From: Verrucomicrobiia bacterium
GTDB taxonomy: Bacteria; Verrucomicrobiota; Verrucomicrobiia; Limisphaerales; UBA1319
Direction: 5' to 3'
Length of the DNA: 64,000 nt
Assembly (NCBI GenBank): GCA_963664225.1
Contig: OY760937.1
Span: 4,704,001-4,768,000 of the forward strand
The notes beneath the pieces were generated by a model, which was given only the letters and a program-made list of their open reading frames with translations, was not told the origin of the DNA and ran no database searches. Position 1 is the stretch's first letter, and each line of letters begins with the position of its first letter. The position numbers were made by a program, and so were the translations under genes. Of this stretch, positions 21,547 through 30,876 are shown piece after piece.

Positions 21547-22425
21547 ATGCAACTCGAGACCCTCAAAATGTTCTGCGATCTGGCCGAAACGGAGAGTTTC
21601 ACACGGGCGGCCCAAATCAGCGAGGTCACCCAGTCCGCCGTCAGCCAGCAGATCAGCGCCCTGGAACGCCATTTCAAGTCGATACTCATCGAACGGAGCA
21701 AGAAGAAGTTTCGCCTCACGCGGGAGGGTCAGGTGCTTTACGATTACGCCAAGCAGATGATTCAAACTTATGAATCGCTGCAGAGCAAATTGCAGGAGAT
21801 CAAGGATGTCATTTCCGGCACGATTCGCATTGCCACGATTTACAGCATCGGGCTACACGATTTGCCGCCGTATTTGAAGAAATATCTCAAGACCTTCCCG
21901 ACGGTCAACGTGCATGTGGAATACCGGCGCGCCAACCAGGTTTATGACGATGTGCTCGGCAATGTGGTCGATCTGGGCCTGGTGGCCTATCCAGTCCGCG
22001 ACAGTAAATTGGAGATGATACCGCTGCGCAAGGATCGGCTCGTTCTTATTTGCCATCCCCACCATCCATTTGCGAAGAATTCGGGCGTGAAGCTTTCCGC
22101 GCTCTCAGGCCAGAAATTCATCGGGTTCGAACCTGACATTCCGACGCGCAAGGCGATCGACAAGATCCTGAAGGACCACGGTGTGCTGGTCCAGAACGTG
22201 ATGGAGTTCGACAATATCGAAACGGTGAAGCGCGCGGTGGAAATCGACGCGGGAATCGCCATCGTGCCCCAGGGCACCGTCACTCAGGAAGTGACCAATA
22301 AGACACTGGCCCAGTTGACGATCGATGACGGGGAGTTTTACCGTCCGCTGGCGGCCATTGTGAAGAAGAGCAAGGTCATTTCACCCGCGATCAAGCAGTT
22401 CATCAGCGTACTCAAAGGCGGCTAA
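21547..22425 (+). CDS. LysR-family transcriptional regulator
   Basis: SFTRAA..VTQSAVSQQISALE helix-turn-helix, LTREG, substrate-binding domain with DNIETVKRAVE. Confidence 0.95.
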   Translation: MQLETLKMFCDLAETESFTRAAQISEVTQSAVSQQISALERHFKSILIERSKKKFRLTREGQVLYDYAKQMIQTYESLQSKLQEIKDVISGTIRIATIYSIGLHDLPPYLKKYLKTFPTVNVHVEYRRANQVYDDVLGNVVDLGLVAYPVRDSKLEMIPLRKDRLVLICHPHHPFAKNSGVKLSALSGQKFIGFEPDIPTRKAIDKILKDHGVLVQNVMEFDNIETVKRAVEIDAGIAIVPQGTVTQEVTNKTLAQLTIDDGEFYRPLAAIVKKSKVISPAIKQFISVLKGG

Positions 22426-22449
22426 GGGGCAGGTTTTCGTTGGGCGTTC

Positions 22450-23244
22450 CTAGCGCGAGGCGGAAGAATCGGACGCATACCAATCGCGGATTCGGACGTC
22501 CACGCCCGCATCGGTTCCCAGGAGCTGTTTGAAGCGTTCCAGGTCGCTGCCCCGATAGTGGAATGGGAAAACGACTTTGGGATGGAACGCGCGAACGGGC
22601 TTCGCCGCCTGATCCACATCCATGGTATAGGGCAGATTCATGCAGACAAAGGCGAAATCGATATCCTTCAATGCGCGCATTTCAGGCGTTTCCTCAGTGT
22701 CGCCACTGATGTAAACGCGTTTGCCTCCAAGGGTGAGCACGTATCCGTTGCCGCGGCCTTTGGTGTGAAACTTGAGGCGCTCTTCGGTGGTGTTGTAAGC
22801 GGCGATGGCTTCAATGGGGAACTGCCCGGATATGTTTGTGTCGCCATTGACCAGGGTGGTTGCTTGCTTGCGCAATGAATCGGGGAGCAATTGGACCACG
22901 GCGGTTGGGGCGATGATTTGAGTCTCCGGCTTGATAAGACCCTCAAGCGTTTTGGCATCCAGGTGATCGCCGTGAATATCGGTGAGCAGGATGACATCCG
23001 GTTTTGGGAATTTGCCAAAGAGCTTCGCTCCCCCAACGGGATCGACATAGATGGCTTGTTTATTCCATTCCATGACAAAGCTGGCGTGATGCACGGGGTG
23101 GATGACCAGATCGCCGTTCGAGGTTTGGAAGCGATCCTCCGCGGAGGTGGCGCCAACGGCCGCCAGGCACGGCAGGATAAGGCAGCATAACAGCGAGTAA
23201 AACGCTCTGCTCATTTGCACAGGCATAGTACGATAGGTGCTCAT
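22450..23244 (-). CDS. Exported MBL-fold metallo-hydrolase
   Basis: HASF, IYVDP, TDIHGDH metal motif, YISGDT, MNLPYTM, PFHY; signal peptide (start 23244 or 23214). Confidence 0.88.
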   Translation of the reverse strand: MSTYRTMPVQMSRAFYSLLCCLILPCLAAVGATSAEDRFQTSNGDLVIHPVHHASFVMEWNKQAIYVDPVGGAKLFGKFPKPDVILLTDIHGDHLDAKTLEGLIKPETQIIAPTAVVQLLPDSLRKQATTLVNGDTNISGQFPIEAIAAYNTTEERLKFHTKGRGNGYVLTLGGKRVYISGDTEETPEMRALKDIDFAFVCMNLPYTMDVDQAAKPVRAFHPKVVFPFHYRGSDLERFKQLLGTDAGVDVRIRDWYASDSSASR

Positions 23245-23390
23245 AAAAGTCTCCAAATGGCCCGGCGGGTCAGATCGCGCGATGCCGGGCCTTTTCACGG
23301 TCTGCTGGCAGCATTCCACACGCGTCTGGTTCGCGCAAATGAAACGTTTTCGCAATCTGCCACCGTTCAGTTTTTCAACGACCTTCCAAT

Positions 23391-24332
23391 CTATACGCCA
23401 AAGACCTTGCGCACGAATTCGCGGCTGCGCTTGTGATTCTCAATGACTGAACGGGTGATTTTTGTTCCGCCTTCCAGTGCGAGCTCCACGGTGAACACGC
23501 GCGGCAGATTGTTTTTGCGCACGTAATCTGCGATGGACGTGTAATTGATATCGCCCTGATCGAGGTCTTCCCACCAGATGCCCTGGCGGCTTTGGCGCAA
23601 ATGCCAGGAAACGACTCTTTTGCCATACTGCCTGAGAGCGTCCATGGGTTCGATTCCGCCCTTAAAAACCCAATGAACATCGTAGCAGAAGCCGATCTTA
23701 TCCGGGTCCGTGTGGTCAAAATTATAGTGAAATTCGCGGGCATTATGGGCCATTTCAGGCATGTGATGATGAATGCCGATCTGGATGCCGATTTCCTTAA
23801 GGCCCGTTCCGAGGTCCTTGAGGGCGGCGACCTGGTTTTTCAGCTCCTCATCGGTTTTTTCGCGGCCGATGGGATCGAGATTGCAGCTCAGTCGTCGAAA
23901 ACCCTGGTCGTAGGCAACCTTGGCGGCTGCGAGCAAATTCTTGATGTTCTCAGCGGCTTTATCCGCTTCATGCAGGCGGGCACCGGTATAAAGGGTGACC
24001 GGTTTTAGTCCGCGAGTCTTCATCTGGCCGGCCTGACGGACCGTGTTTTCCGGTTGGTTGACGTCGAGATTGCTTTCCAAGTAATCGTAACCCGTGTCGC
24101 GCAAGGCCGACATGACCCCTTCAATATCGAAGGGCTTTTTATCGCGCTCGGCATACTGTCCCCAGCCAAATTGGTTGGAGCCCACAAGGCCTTTGGCGGA
24201 ATCCGGATTGTCGGCGGCTGTGAGTGCAACCACTGGGAGGCTTCCACCTGCGGCGATGGACAGAAGGGAGAGTTGTCGAAGGAAAACGCGACGGGACAGC
24301 GCGTTGGCCGCAGCAGACGATGTGTTGTTCAT
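23391..24332 (-). CDS. Tat-exported sugar-phosphate isomerase/epimerase (xylose isomerase-like TIM barrel, IolE-like)
   Basis: Twin-arginine SRRVFL signal after the ATG at 24332; IHHHxxE, CYDVHW, WHLR, GDINY, TVE metal-site motifs. Confidence 0.8.
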   Translation of the reverse strand: MNNTSSAAANALSRRVFLRQLSLLSIAAGGSLPVVALTAADNPDSAKGLVGSNQFGWGQYAERDKKPFDIEGVMSALRDTGYDYLESNLDVNQPENTVRQAGQMKTRGLKPVTLYTGARLHEADKAAENIKNLLAAAKVAYDQGFRRLSCNLDPIGREKTDEELKNQVAALKDLGTGLKEIGIQIGIHHHMPEMAHNAREFHYNFDHTDPDKIGFCYDVHWVFKGGIEPMDALRQYGKRVVSWHLRQSRQGIWWEDLDQGDINYTSIADYVRKNNLPRVFTVELALEGGTKITRSVIENHKRSREFVRKVFGV

Positions 24333-24488
24333 GAATTCAGCAAAAAGGATGTTTTGCTTTGCTGCAAGAAGATATTTGGCATTCCCATAAAGACTTAAAC
24401 ACGAATTGCCGCAAAAGTGCTTGTGGGGCCGGGCTTGGAGTTGAGGGACCCATTCGTTCTCTAATTGGGAAATGTTACTCACGCTCAC

Positions 24489-25520
24489 TTACTGTTGCTG
24501 GATGCGATAGAATTGTTTTGGTTGAGTGAGGGCGTTGGTGACCGTTTGTTGCAGGGTGCCGCCGGTGCCGGAAAATGCCGTCTGGGGAAGCGTTGTCCAC
24601 GTGCTCGACGACAAATCGTCGCGGCTTTGGATGACGTAGCTATGTCCCGAAACTGAAGTGACGCTCAGACGCAGATCGTTTCCGATTCTTTCCACAGCGG
24701 TGATGCGCAGTGACGACACCGGAAGGTGGAGGATGAGGGAAAGATGATCGGCCGATCCGTCATTATAGCTTCCGGCGTCACGGGTCATGACGAGCATGAG
24801 TTGAATGGCTCGGGTGCCGACGGGGACGACATTGTTCGTGGCGCGATAGAGAGTCATTGTGACGTTGGTTCGATCCAATGCCAGAACATTGCCTATGGTC
24901 GTCGTTCCCAGCGAATTGGATGATGCGTTTAAAAAAGTTGCGATCAGGGAAGCGCGATCATCTTGAGACGCGAATCCGCCGAACCAGCCGCTCAATTCGG
25001 ATTGTACGGTGCCTGAATCCACTTCCGTGGCTGCTGCGGAGAGATCAATGATCTGTGTGGCACTGGAGGAGGAATTGTTGGGGCCGCCCGTAAAAACATT
25101 GGTGCCGAAGGGCAGGCCCGGCCATGGAAGTGCGGACGCGTCGCCGTAAACTGTCACCGTGAAATTGCCACTGCTGGTCCAGTTTGGCACTGGCACCACG
25201 TCCAACCCCGAAACCGAGCCCGCTCCGGCCTCGGCGTCCGGGTTGGAGATCAGGTTTCTCTCAAACAGACCGGAAGGCGAAGTGTCCGCTGCTGGATTGC
25301 TCCAGAATCCGCCATCCATCGCATAGTCGCCGCCGGTCATGGTCACAGCGGCATCCGCCTGGCCGGTGGAGCCGCTGAGGGAATACTCCCCACCGGTACT
25401 TGTGCCACCGCTGCCGTCGATGGCGAACCAATCGATGGCGAATTGCGCTTCAGCACTGGATGTGCGTAGGCACGCCAAGGCCACGATAAGATTAAGAATG
25501 ACCTTCAGTTCGGTTTTCAT
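24489..25520 (-). CDS. Exported protein: N-terminal IDW/Gly-rich module, galactose-binding-like domain, C-terminal FYR domain
   Basis: Signal peptide from ATG 25520; AIDWFAIDGSGGTSTGGEYSLSGSTGQADA...GGFW; NLISNPDAE...SGWFGG; terminal KQFYRIQQQ. Confidence 0.75.
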   Translation of the reverse strand: MKTELKVILNLIVALACLRTSSAEAQFAIDWFAIDGSGGTSTGGEYSLSGSTGQADAAVTMTGGDYAMDGGFWSNPAADTSPSGLFERNLISNPDAEAGAGSVSGLDVVPVPNWTSSGNFTVTVYGDASALPWPGLPFGTNVFTGGPNNSSSSATQIIDLSAAATEVDSGTVQSELSGWFGGFASQDDRASLIATFLNASSNSLGTTTIGNVLALDRTNVTMTLYRATNNVVPVGTRAIQLMLVMTRDAGSYNDGSADHLSLILHLPVSSLRITAVERIGNDLRLSVTSVSGHSYVIQSRDDLSSSTWTTLPQTAFSGTGGTLQQTVTNALTQPKQFYRIQQQ

Positions 25521-25539
25521 GTCGGATTTCCAGATAAAT

Positions 25540-26835
25540 TCATCTCCCGATGGTGACGGGGCCGCCATAGGCCTCGATTCGCATTTTCTTATTGATCGTG
25601 GCCGTTTCATTTCTTGAACCGGCTTTGACGCTAAGGGTCCCATTATAGGCTACCGCGTTCACACCTGCCGCGAGGGTGCCAAACGGGAGATCGAAGGTTC
25701 CGAGTTGTGGCTGGCCTTGATAGTTAAAGTCCACCCACACTTCATTCCGGCCTATGTTGACTATGGCAGTTGAGGACGCGCTGTTGATGTTGAGAACCGT
25801 GATGGCGACGTTGTTGTTCAAATCATGGAAGGTCTGATCCTGGAGCCGCTCTGCCCCGCCATCGGCCCGAATGAGATAGAAAAGCCCGTCAGGACGAAGC
25901 TCATGAATCAATACTGTATCCTGAGGAATGCCCGCATCCCAGCCCGTCTTGCGGCGAAACTCGATGCTGTAATAATGGTTTGGATTGGCGGCGTCGATGG
26001 GCACCTTGGTCATCAAAAAGCCATTTGCTTCCGGGTGGTTCACGGCGGCGAGGGTTACGGTTTGGGATGTGCCATCCCAAGTCGAAATTCGATCTGCCGT
26101 CAGCCATCCAAGTTTGTCCAGGTTCAGGGTGGTGAGTCCTGGGCCGCTATTTCCGTATGTGCCCGCAAAAACAGGATTGGAATTGCCGAAGGTCATGGCG
26201 CTCATGATATCCCAACCGTCACCGTATGCCCCCGGGCGGCCATCGCTATTTGGATCATAGGACACAGCAGACTCGTCAAAGGTATGGTCCAAACCGTAGC
26301 AATGACCCATCTCATGCGCGGCAAAACTGACGAACCACGCATCCGGATCGAGCAGGACGCGCCCGCCCTGACTGCCTGAGTCAATCTTGACGTTCAAGAT
26401 CGCGATGACGCCATAAAACTTGGATGTATTAACGTTTGTTGCCGCGGCGATGCATGCATCGATGCGTTGCTTGCGGGTCATTGCCTGGCCTTGGGCCAGG
26501 GTAATCCCCATCGTGTACCATCCAGATGTTGCCGTGCCGTCCAAAGAGATCTGACCATAGGACGCATCGCGCCAGTACCCGGCCATCCCAGCGTTGCTGG
26601 TTATAAAAGAGGAATCGAATGTTGGCTCTTGAGGCTGATCGGAGAATTTGCACTTGATCACGGCCCAGGACGTTGGGCCCTGCGGGCCAGCGTTCGCAGT
26701 GAAAGTGCTCATGATCAAGCCTCCAATGGCTGCTCCCAGGACCAATATCAGGCGAGCCATCGAGATTAATAATGCCGGAAGTTGAAAAAACATTTGTTGG
26801 GGTGTTGGAACAGCAGGCATACTTTTCTCACTCAT
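25540..26835 (-). CDS. Exported metzincin metalloprotease (M6/M11-like) with C-terminal GGPVTIG module
   Basis: HEMGHCYGLDH zinc motif, YGDGWDIMS Met-turn, KLGWL, YSIEFR...GWD; signal peptide fits best from ATG 26760. Confidence 0.8.
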   Translation of the reverse strand: MSEKSMPAVPTPQQMFFQLPALLISMARLILVLGAAIGGLIMSTFTANAGPQGPTSWAVIKCKFSDQPQEPTFDSSFITSNAGMAGYWRDASYGQISLDGTATSGWYTMGITLAQGQAMTRKQRIDACIAAATNVNTSKFYGVIAILNVKIDSGSQGGRVLLDPDAWFVSFAAHEMGHCYGLDHTFDESAVSYDPNSDGRPGAYGDGWDIMSAMTFGNSNPVFAGTYGNSGPGLTTLNLDKLGWLTADRISTWDGTSQTVTLAAVNHPEANGFLMTKVPIDAANPNHYYSIEFRRKTGWDAGIPQDTVLIHELRPDGLFYLIRADGGAERLQDQTFHDLNNNVAITVLNINSASSTAIVNIGRNEVWVDFNYQGQPQLGTFDLPFGTLAAGVNAVAYNGTLSVKAGSRNETATINKKMRIEAYGGPVTIGR

Positions 26836-26950
26836 TGGCTCAAGGCCGCTGCCGTGAAGAACTGGCCGATGTTCGTTGCGTGAAGCATTGTGTTTGGATT
26901 ATATTCAGATTCACAGGTTGGCTTTCTTTAAATCGGCAGTCGGTTTTGTT

Positions 26951-27478
26951 TCATTGTCCGGAGAGGTGCCCGGCGGCGTTCTCCGCCGGAGACCAGAACG
27001 AATCCCCTTTGGGCCTCGAACTTCTGGCATGGGTGAGTTTCCGGGCCTCTTTGTAAGCCGTGCGGGCTTTAGCGGTGTGGCCGAGTTTTTCCTCGGCCCA
27101 GCCCTTGATCAGAAGGCACGTGGCCACGTCGTGAAGAATTCCATATTGGGCGATGCTTTTCCGCCCGGCCTCTGTGACCACACCGGTTGGCAGAGTCACC
27201 TTGGCGGAGTCGAGGGCGGCCTGGCTCCGATTGGCCGCTTCGCCAAAACGAGCGATGCACAGGTCGGCGTTCGTGATGGCTGCGGCGTACTGGGTATTCT
27301 GAAATGCAGTCCAGGCATCAGCCGTGTATTTTTGGTGGAGTGGTTCGCTCAATGGCGGGCGTGAGGAGTCCATGGCCGGGGAGGGTTCGGGAACCGGATC
27401 GCCCTGCGCGCATACATCAATTCCAAAACCGACGGCGAGGAAGGCTGCGAGGAGAACTATAAAACTTGAGTTTTTCAT
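26951..27478 (-). CDS. Small exported helical (TPR-like) protein
   Basis: Signal peptide from ATG 27478; AW.AF...Y..AI...D.CI..F, LHDVATCLLIKG, FWSPA. Confidence 0.65.
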   Translation of the reverse strand: MKNSSFIVLLAAFLAVGFGIDVCAQGDPVPEPSPAMDSSRPPLSEPLHQKYTADAWTAFQNTQYAAAITNADLCIARFGEAANRSQAALDSAKVTLPTGVVTEAGRKSIAQYGILHDVATCLLIKGWAEEKLGHTAKARTAYKEARKLTHARSSRPKGDSFWSPAENAAGHLSGQ

Positions 27479-27535
27479 TCGATTTAATGTACCAATTGCA
27501 TGTAGTTTCAACGATTCACAGGTGTTCGCATATCG

Positions 27536-29170
27536 CTATGGTGCGCCGATTGTTACGGGACCGCCTGAATAAGCCTCCAGCACGACGCTTTTGAATAGCG
27601 TTATCTGCTCGTTGTAGTGTCCTCCAAAGATGTGAAGCGTTCCACTCGTGATGTTCGCGTGTGCGGCGCCGACCGTCGTATAGGGAAAGGCGGGGGAACC
27701 GTCTTGAGTGCCCGGATTGGGGGTATTCCACCTGACAAAGAAATCGCGGGGCGGCATCGAGATCTGTGTCCACCAGGTGCTCCATGTGCCGGTATCCGTG
27801 CGGGTCCATTCACTTACAGCCCAAAAGGAGCCATCGTTTGGATCGGGCCACACACTGAAGTAATCGCCCCAGCGGCCGTCATTGTTGGCGGTGGGACTCT
27901 CTTTGACCACTATCGGCGCGCCAAAGGTGCTGCCATAGGCTGTGCGCCAGGAGACCATCATGGCTGGATAGCGCGTGGACGATGATCTCGTCCAGGTCAT
28001 GGCCACGTCTCCAGCTTGATTCGCGCTGATGGACGGCAGGTAGTTCCAATCGGTAAGAGCCCCAACGGTGCCTTCTTCTTCGAGGGTGGGGGTCCCGCTC
28101 TGGGGCCAGCCATTGAGGCGTATCTGCCAGTAGGCGGCCAAAGCTGGACCGCCGGGTTGGCCGCGAGTCATGCAACACCAGAGATCCCCGTTGACCAGTG
28201 TCGCATTGCCCTGCATTTTGCCTTGGATTGGATCCACCAAATTGGTGGAGCCGAGTTGGGGCGCCTGGTTGGTCGGGCCCGCACCGACATCCGCGACGGT
28301 TACAAAACTCGTGGTCAGCGTGCGCGTAGTTAGAGGATTACTTACGGCATAGAGCTTCAGGGTGGTGTTGTTCCAGTTGCCCACCATATACATCACGTTA
28401 CCCGGTCCTCCGCCCATGGGTGAGACCGGCTGAAGCGTGATGGCATCTGTGTAGAGTGAAGCGATTGTGCCGGTGCCAGCGATGAGTTGCGCCTTGTTCA
28501 TGATAAGCAGGGCGGAGTTAAGCACATCGCATCCGCAGCCGCTCATATTGCCGCTTTTGTCGAAGGCAAACATCCGGTAAGCCACGTAGAGCGCCTGACT
28601 GTCCACCGCCATTCCAGGATAATCGCCACCGTAATTCACCCCGCCGGCAGTATTGGTTGCTGTATATTCGGTGGCGTCGAAGCGGTAGATGATCCAGTCC
28701 GTCGCGCCCGTGCTGCGCGGATCGGAGTTACGCGAGACGGCCACGTTGAGCCACAGCCGGCTGTTATGATCTTCCTGCATGATCACGAAAAAGCGTCGGC
28801 TGCCTTGATCAAAAAGCACACGCGGATCGGCATTGTTGTTGCCGATGCCAGCGTTTCCGACGAAGAACGTCGGGAGGTTGGTCGGGCCCCAGATGAGGGT
28901 GCCAGACTTGGTGTAATAACTGATGCCGAGGTTCACCGTTGCGATCACACCATCCGGACCTGGCGCGCCGTGTGGATCGGGTGGTGGACCGACGGTGCCG
29001 CTTGGGTCAGGGCCGCTGATGCCTTCCCAGCTTTGAACAATGCCCTGGCCATGCGCAGTAACGATCATCAGCAAGCAGGCACACGACACGGCTGAAAAGT
29101 GTCGCCAGAGATCCTGCAAGCCTGAGTATGGATTCTTCATACAATCCGATCCATTCTGAAAACGCATCAT
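27536..29170 (-). CDS. Exported predicted beta-propeller protein with C-terminal GGPVTIG module
   Basis: Signal peptide; PPDPHGAPGP, DPRVLFD, DYPGMAVD, RWGDY motifs; ATGA overlap with the upstream fibre gene (alternative start 29140). Confidence 0.75.
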   Translation of the reverse strand: MMRFQNGSDCMKNPYSGLQDLWRHFSAVSCACLLMIVTAHGQGIVQSWEGISGPDPSGTVGPPPDPHGAPGPDGVIATVNLGISYYTKSGTLIWGPTNLPTFFVGNAGIGNNNADPRVLFDQGSRRFFVIMQEDHNSRLWLNVAVSRNSDPRSTGATDWIIYRFDATEYTATNTAGGVNYGGDYPGMAVDSQALYVAYRMFAFDKSGNMSGCGCDVLNSALLIMNKAQLIAGTGTIASLYTDAITLQPVSPMGGGPGNVMYMVGNWNNTTLKLYAVSNPLTTRTLTTSFVTVADVGAGPTNQAPQLGSTNLVDPIQGKMQGNATLVNGDLWCCMTRGQPGGPALAAYWQIRLNGWPQSGTPTLEEEGTVGALTDWNYLPSISANQAGDVAMTWTRSSSTRYPAMMVSWRTAYGSTFGAPIVVKESPTANNDGRWGDYFSVWPDPNDGSFWAVSEWTRTDTGTWSTWWTQISMPPRDFFVRWNTPNPGTQDGSPAFPYTTVGAAHANITSGTLHIFGGHYNEQITLFKSVVLEAYSGGPVTIGAP

Positions 29171-30876
29171 TGGAGCGAAACCAGTACGAGCACCATCCCT
29201 TTGCCGTCCTTGAGCGCGCTCATTGCCTTGCCCAGGATGGCGCCCTGGGCTTTCGTGTGATCGCTGGCTTTCATTGCGTGACCGGGGGTGTCGGAAGTGG
29301 TCAGCAAATCACCCGGTTTGATGGCTCCATTGGTGGTGTCAGCGAGCACATATAAACGGCCGCTCAAGGCCACGTTCTGGCCGCCCTCCAAAACACCATC
29401 CTGATGCAGGCTAATGCCGGGATTCACGCCGTTGGCGCCGCTCACAATTCCGGCCACGCGCGTGTCGTAAGCATGCGAACTGAGTTTCAGTTTTCCGGGA
29501 TTTTCTTCGTCAATGATCAGGACCGAGCCTTTGACAATATCAGCCGCAGAGAGTTCGAAAGGCTCCGCTAGATCGGCTCCGCCTCGAATGGTGAGGGTTT
29601 TGACACTGAAATTGCCCGAATTGAATAGTTTGGCGTAAGCGTTGCCATCGCTGCCATTGAGGTAGCTCTCGGGCTCGAACACTGTATCGCCGCCCACGCC
29701 CTGAATGCGGCTGCGGGCATAGCCCGCGTTATCGTCAAGCAGCGTGAGAAAGGGCTGATACCCAATAAGCCGAAGGGCATCCTGACTGACCACTTCGAGC
29801 TTCCCCACCGGTAGGGCCGAACCGATGCCGACGTTGCCATTGTTGGCGAGCTTGAGGAAAGAGAACGGGTTCGCGCCGCTCATGTAACTTTCGGTGAACA
29901 AATTCACGTCACCACCCACCCCTTGAATGCGGCTGCGCGCATAACCGGCGTTGCTGTCGTAAATGGTCAGGAACGGGTTGAAGCCAATGAGCCGAATGGC
30001 ATCCTGGGCCACTATTTCAAGTTTTCCGACGGGTGCCGACGAGCCGATGCCAACGTTGCCGCTTTCGGGATTGAGAATGACATCATTGTTGGGATTCAAA
30101 GCGAGCACCGGACTCCACGCGGCGGGACCAGTTTTCCTGAAGAAATAGAGGGCTCCAGGTCCAACGCCCCCAAGATGCATAATCCAGGACTGATCGCCAG
30201 TGTCGGCATCTCCCGTGAACCGAATCGTTGGCCGGTGTCCGCTCAACTGCAGAGCGCCCTGTTCACCATTCCAATCGCCCGCAACCTGCAAACGCCCACT
30301 GGGTGTGGTTGTTCCGATGCCAACATTGCCCGCGCTATAATAGGCATTATTGCCACTGACCGACCAGATGCCGCCCGCGGCGACCCCGGGATCGCTCCAG
30401 GAAAGATTGCCGCCACTATAGGAGAGGAACTGTCCTGGCTTGGGTGCAACCCCGCCTGTGTTCAATTGGCTCGCGGCCACGCTACCATCCCCAACGCTCC
30501 CTGCCGTTTGCGCGCGGATCGCATAGGGCGAGGAAGTGACTTCCTGCCGTGGAGTCAGGGCTGTGAAGGCGGCGGCACCCAACGGGCGGACGGAGATGTC
30601 CAGCCAGCGCGCCGGACCGGTGAAAGTATTCGCGCCAAAGTCGATTCGCACTGTGAACAAACCGTTCGCGACGTCCACAGGGCTGAGATCAAGCGGACCG
30701 GCAATGAGATTTCCGCCGGCATTCAAATCGTAAAGATTGAATCGCATTTCGTACGGTCCGGAGACTGGCACCCCTTTGCTATTGAGCCTTCCATTATAGG
30801 TGAAGGCGGTGCTTTGGGCGGAGGTCAGGGCCAGGCTGCCCAGGAAGAGTAGCAGTGTTGCGAATGTGGTTTTCAT
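29167..30876 (-). CDS. Exported tail-fibre-like protein with GNVGIG repeats and a C-terminal intramolecular-chaperone-like domain
   Basis: Signal peptide from ATG 30876; TAFTYNGRL...PRQ..TSSPYAIRA N-domain; three GNVGIG repeats; GGADLAEPF...VALSGR..V..D...G.I.PGDLLTTS..PGHAMKA...GKAM C-domain. Confidence 0.8.
   Translation of the reverse strand: MKTTFATLLLFLGSLALTSAQSTAFTYNGRLNSKGVPVSGPYEMRFNLYDLNAGGNLIAGPLDLSPVDVANGLFTVRIDFGANTFTGPARWLDISVRPLGAAAFTALTPRQEVTSSPYAIRAQTAGSVGDGSVAASQLNTGGVAPKPGQFLSYSGGNLSWSDPGVAAGGIWSVSGNNAYYSAGNVGIGTTTPSGRLQVAGDWNGEQGALQLSGHRPTIRFTGDADTGDQSWIMHLGGVGPGALYFFRKTGPAAWSPVLALNPNNDVILNPESGNVGIGSSAPVGKLEIVAQDAIRLIGFNPFLTIYDSNAGYARSRIQGVGGDVNLFTESYMSGANPFSFLKLANNGNVGIGSALPVGKLEVVSQDALRLIGYQPFLTLLDDNAGYARSRIQGVGGDTVFEPESYLNGSDGNAYAKLFNSGNFSVKTLTIRGGADLAEPFELSAADIVKGSVLIIDEENPGKLKLSSHAYDTRVAGIVSGANGVNPGISLHQDGVLEGGQNVALSGRLYVLADTTNGAIKPGDLLTTSDTPGHAMKASDHTKAQGAILGKAMSALKDGKGMVLVLVSLQ
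29617..30060 (-). repeat. Tandem 222-nt (74 aa) intragenic duplication in the fibre gene
   Basis: GNVGIGS..PVGKLE.V.QDA.RLIG..PFLT..D.NAGYARSRIQGVGGD occurs twice; units start at 30060 and 29838. Confidence 0.9.

Noticed and set aside
29167..30876. Prophage interpretation of the tail-fibre-like gene
   Set aside because: The protein has a signal peptide, and no capsid, terminase, integrase, baseplate or lysis genes are present in the window.
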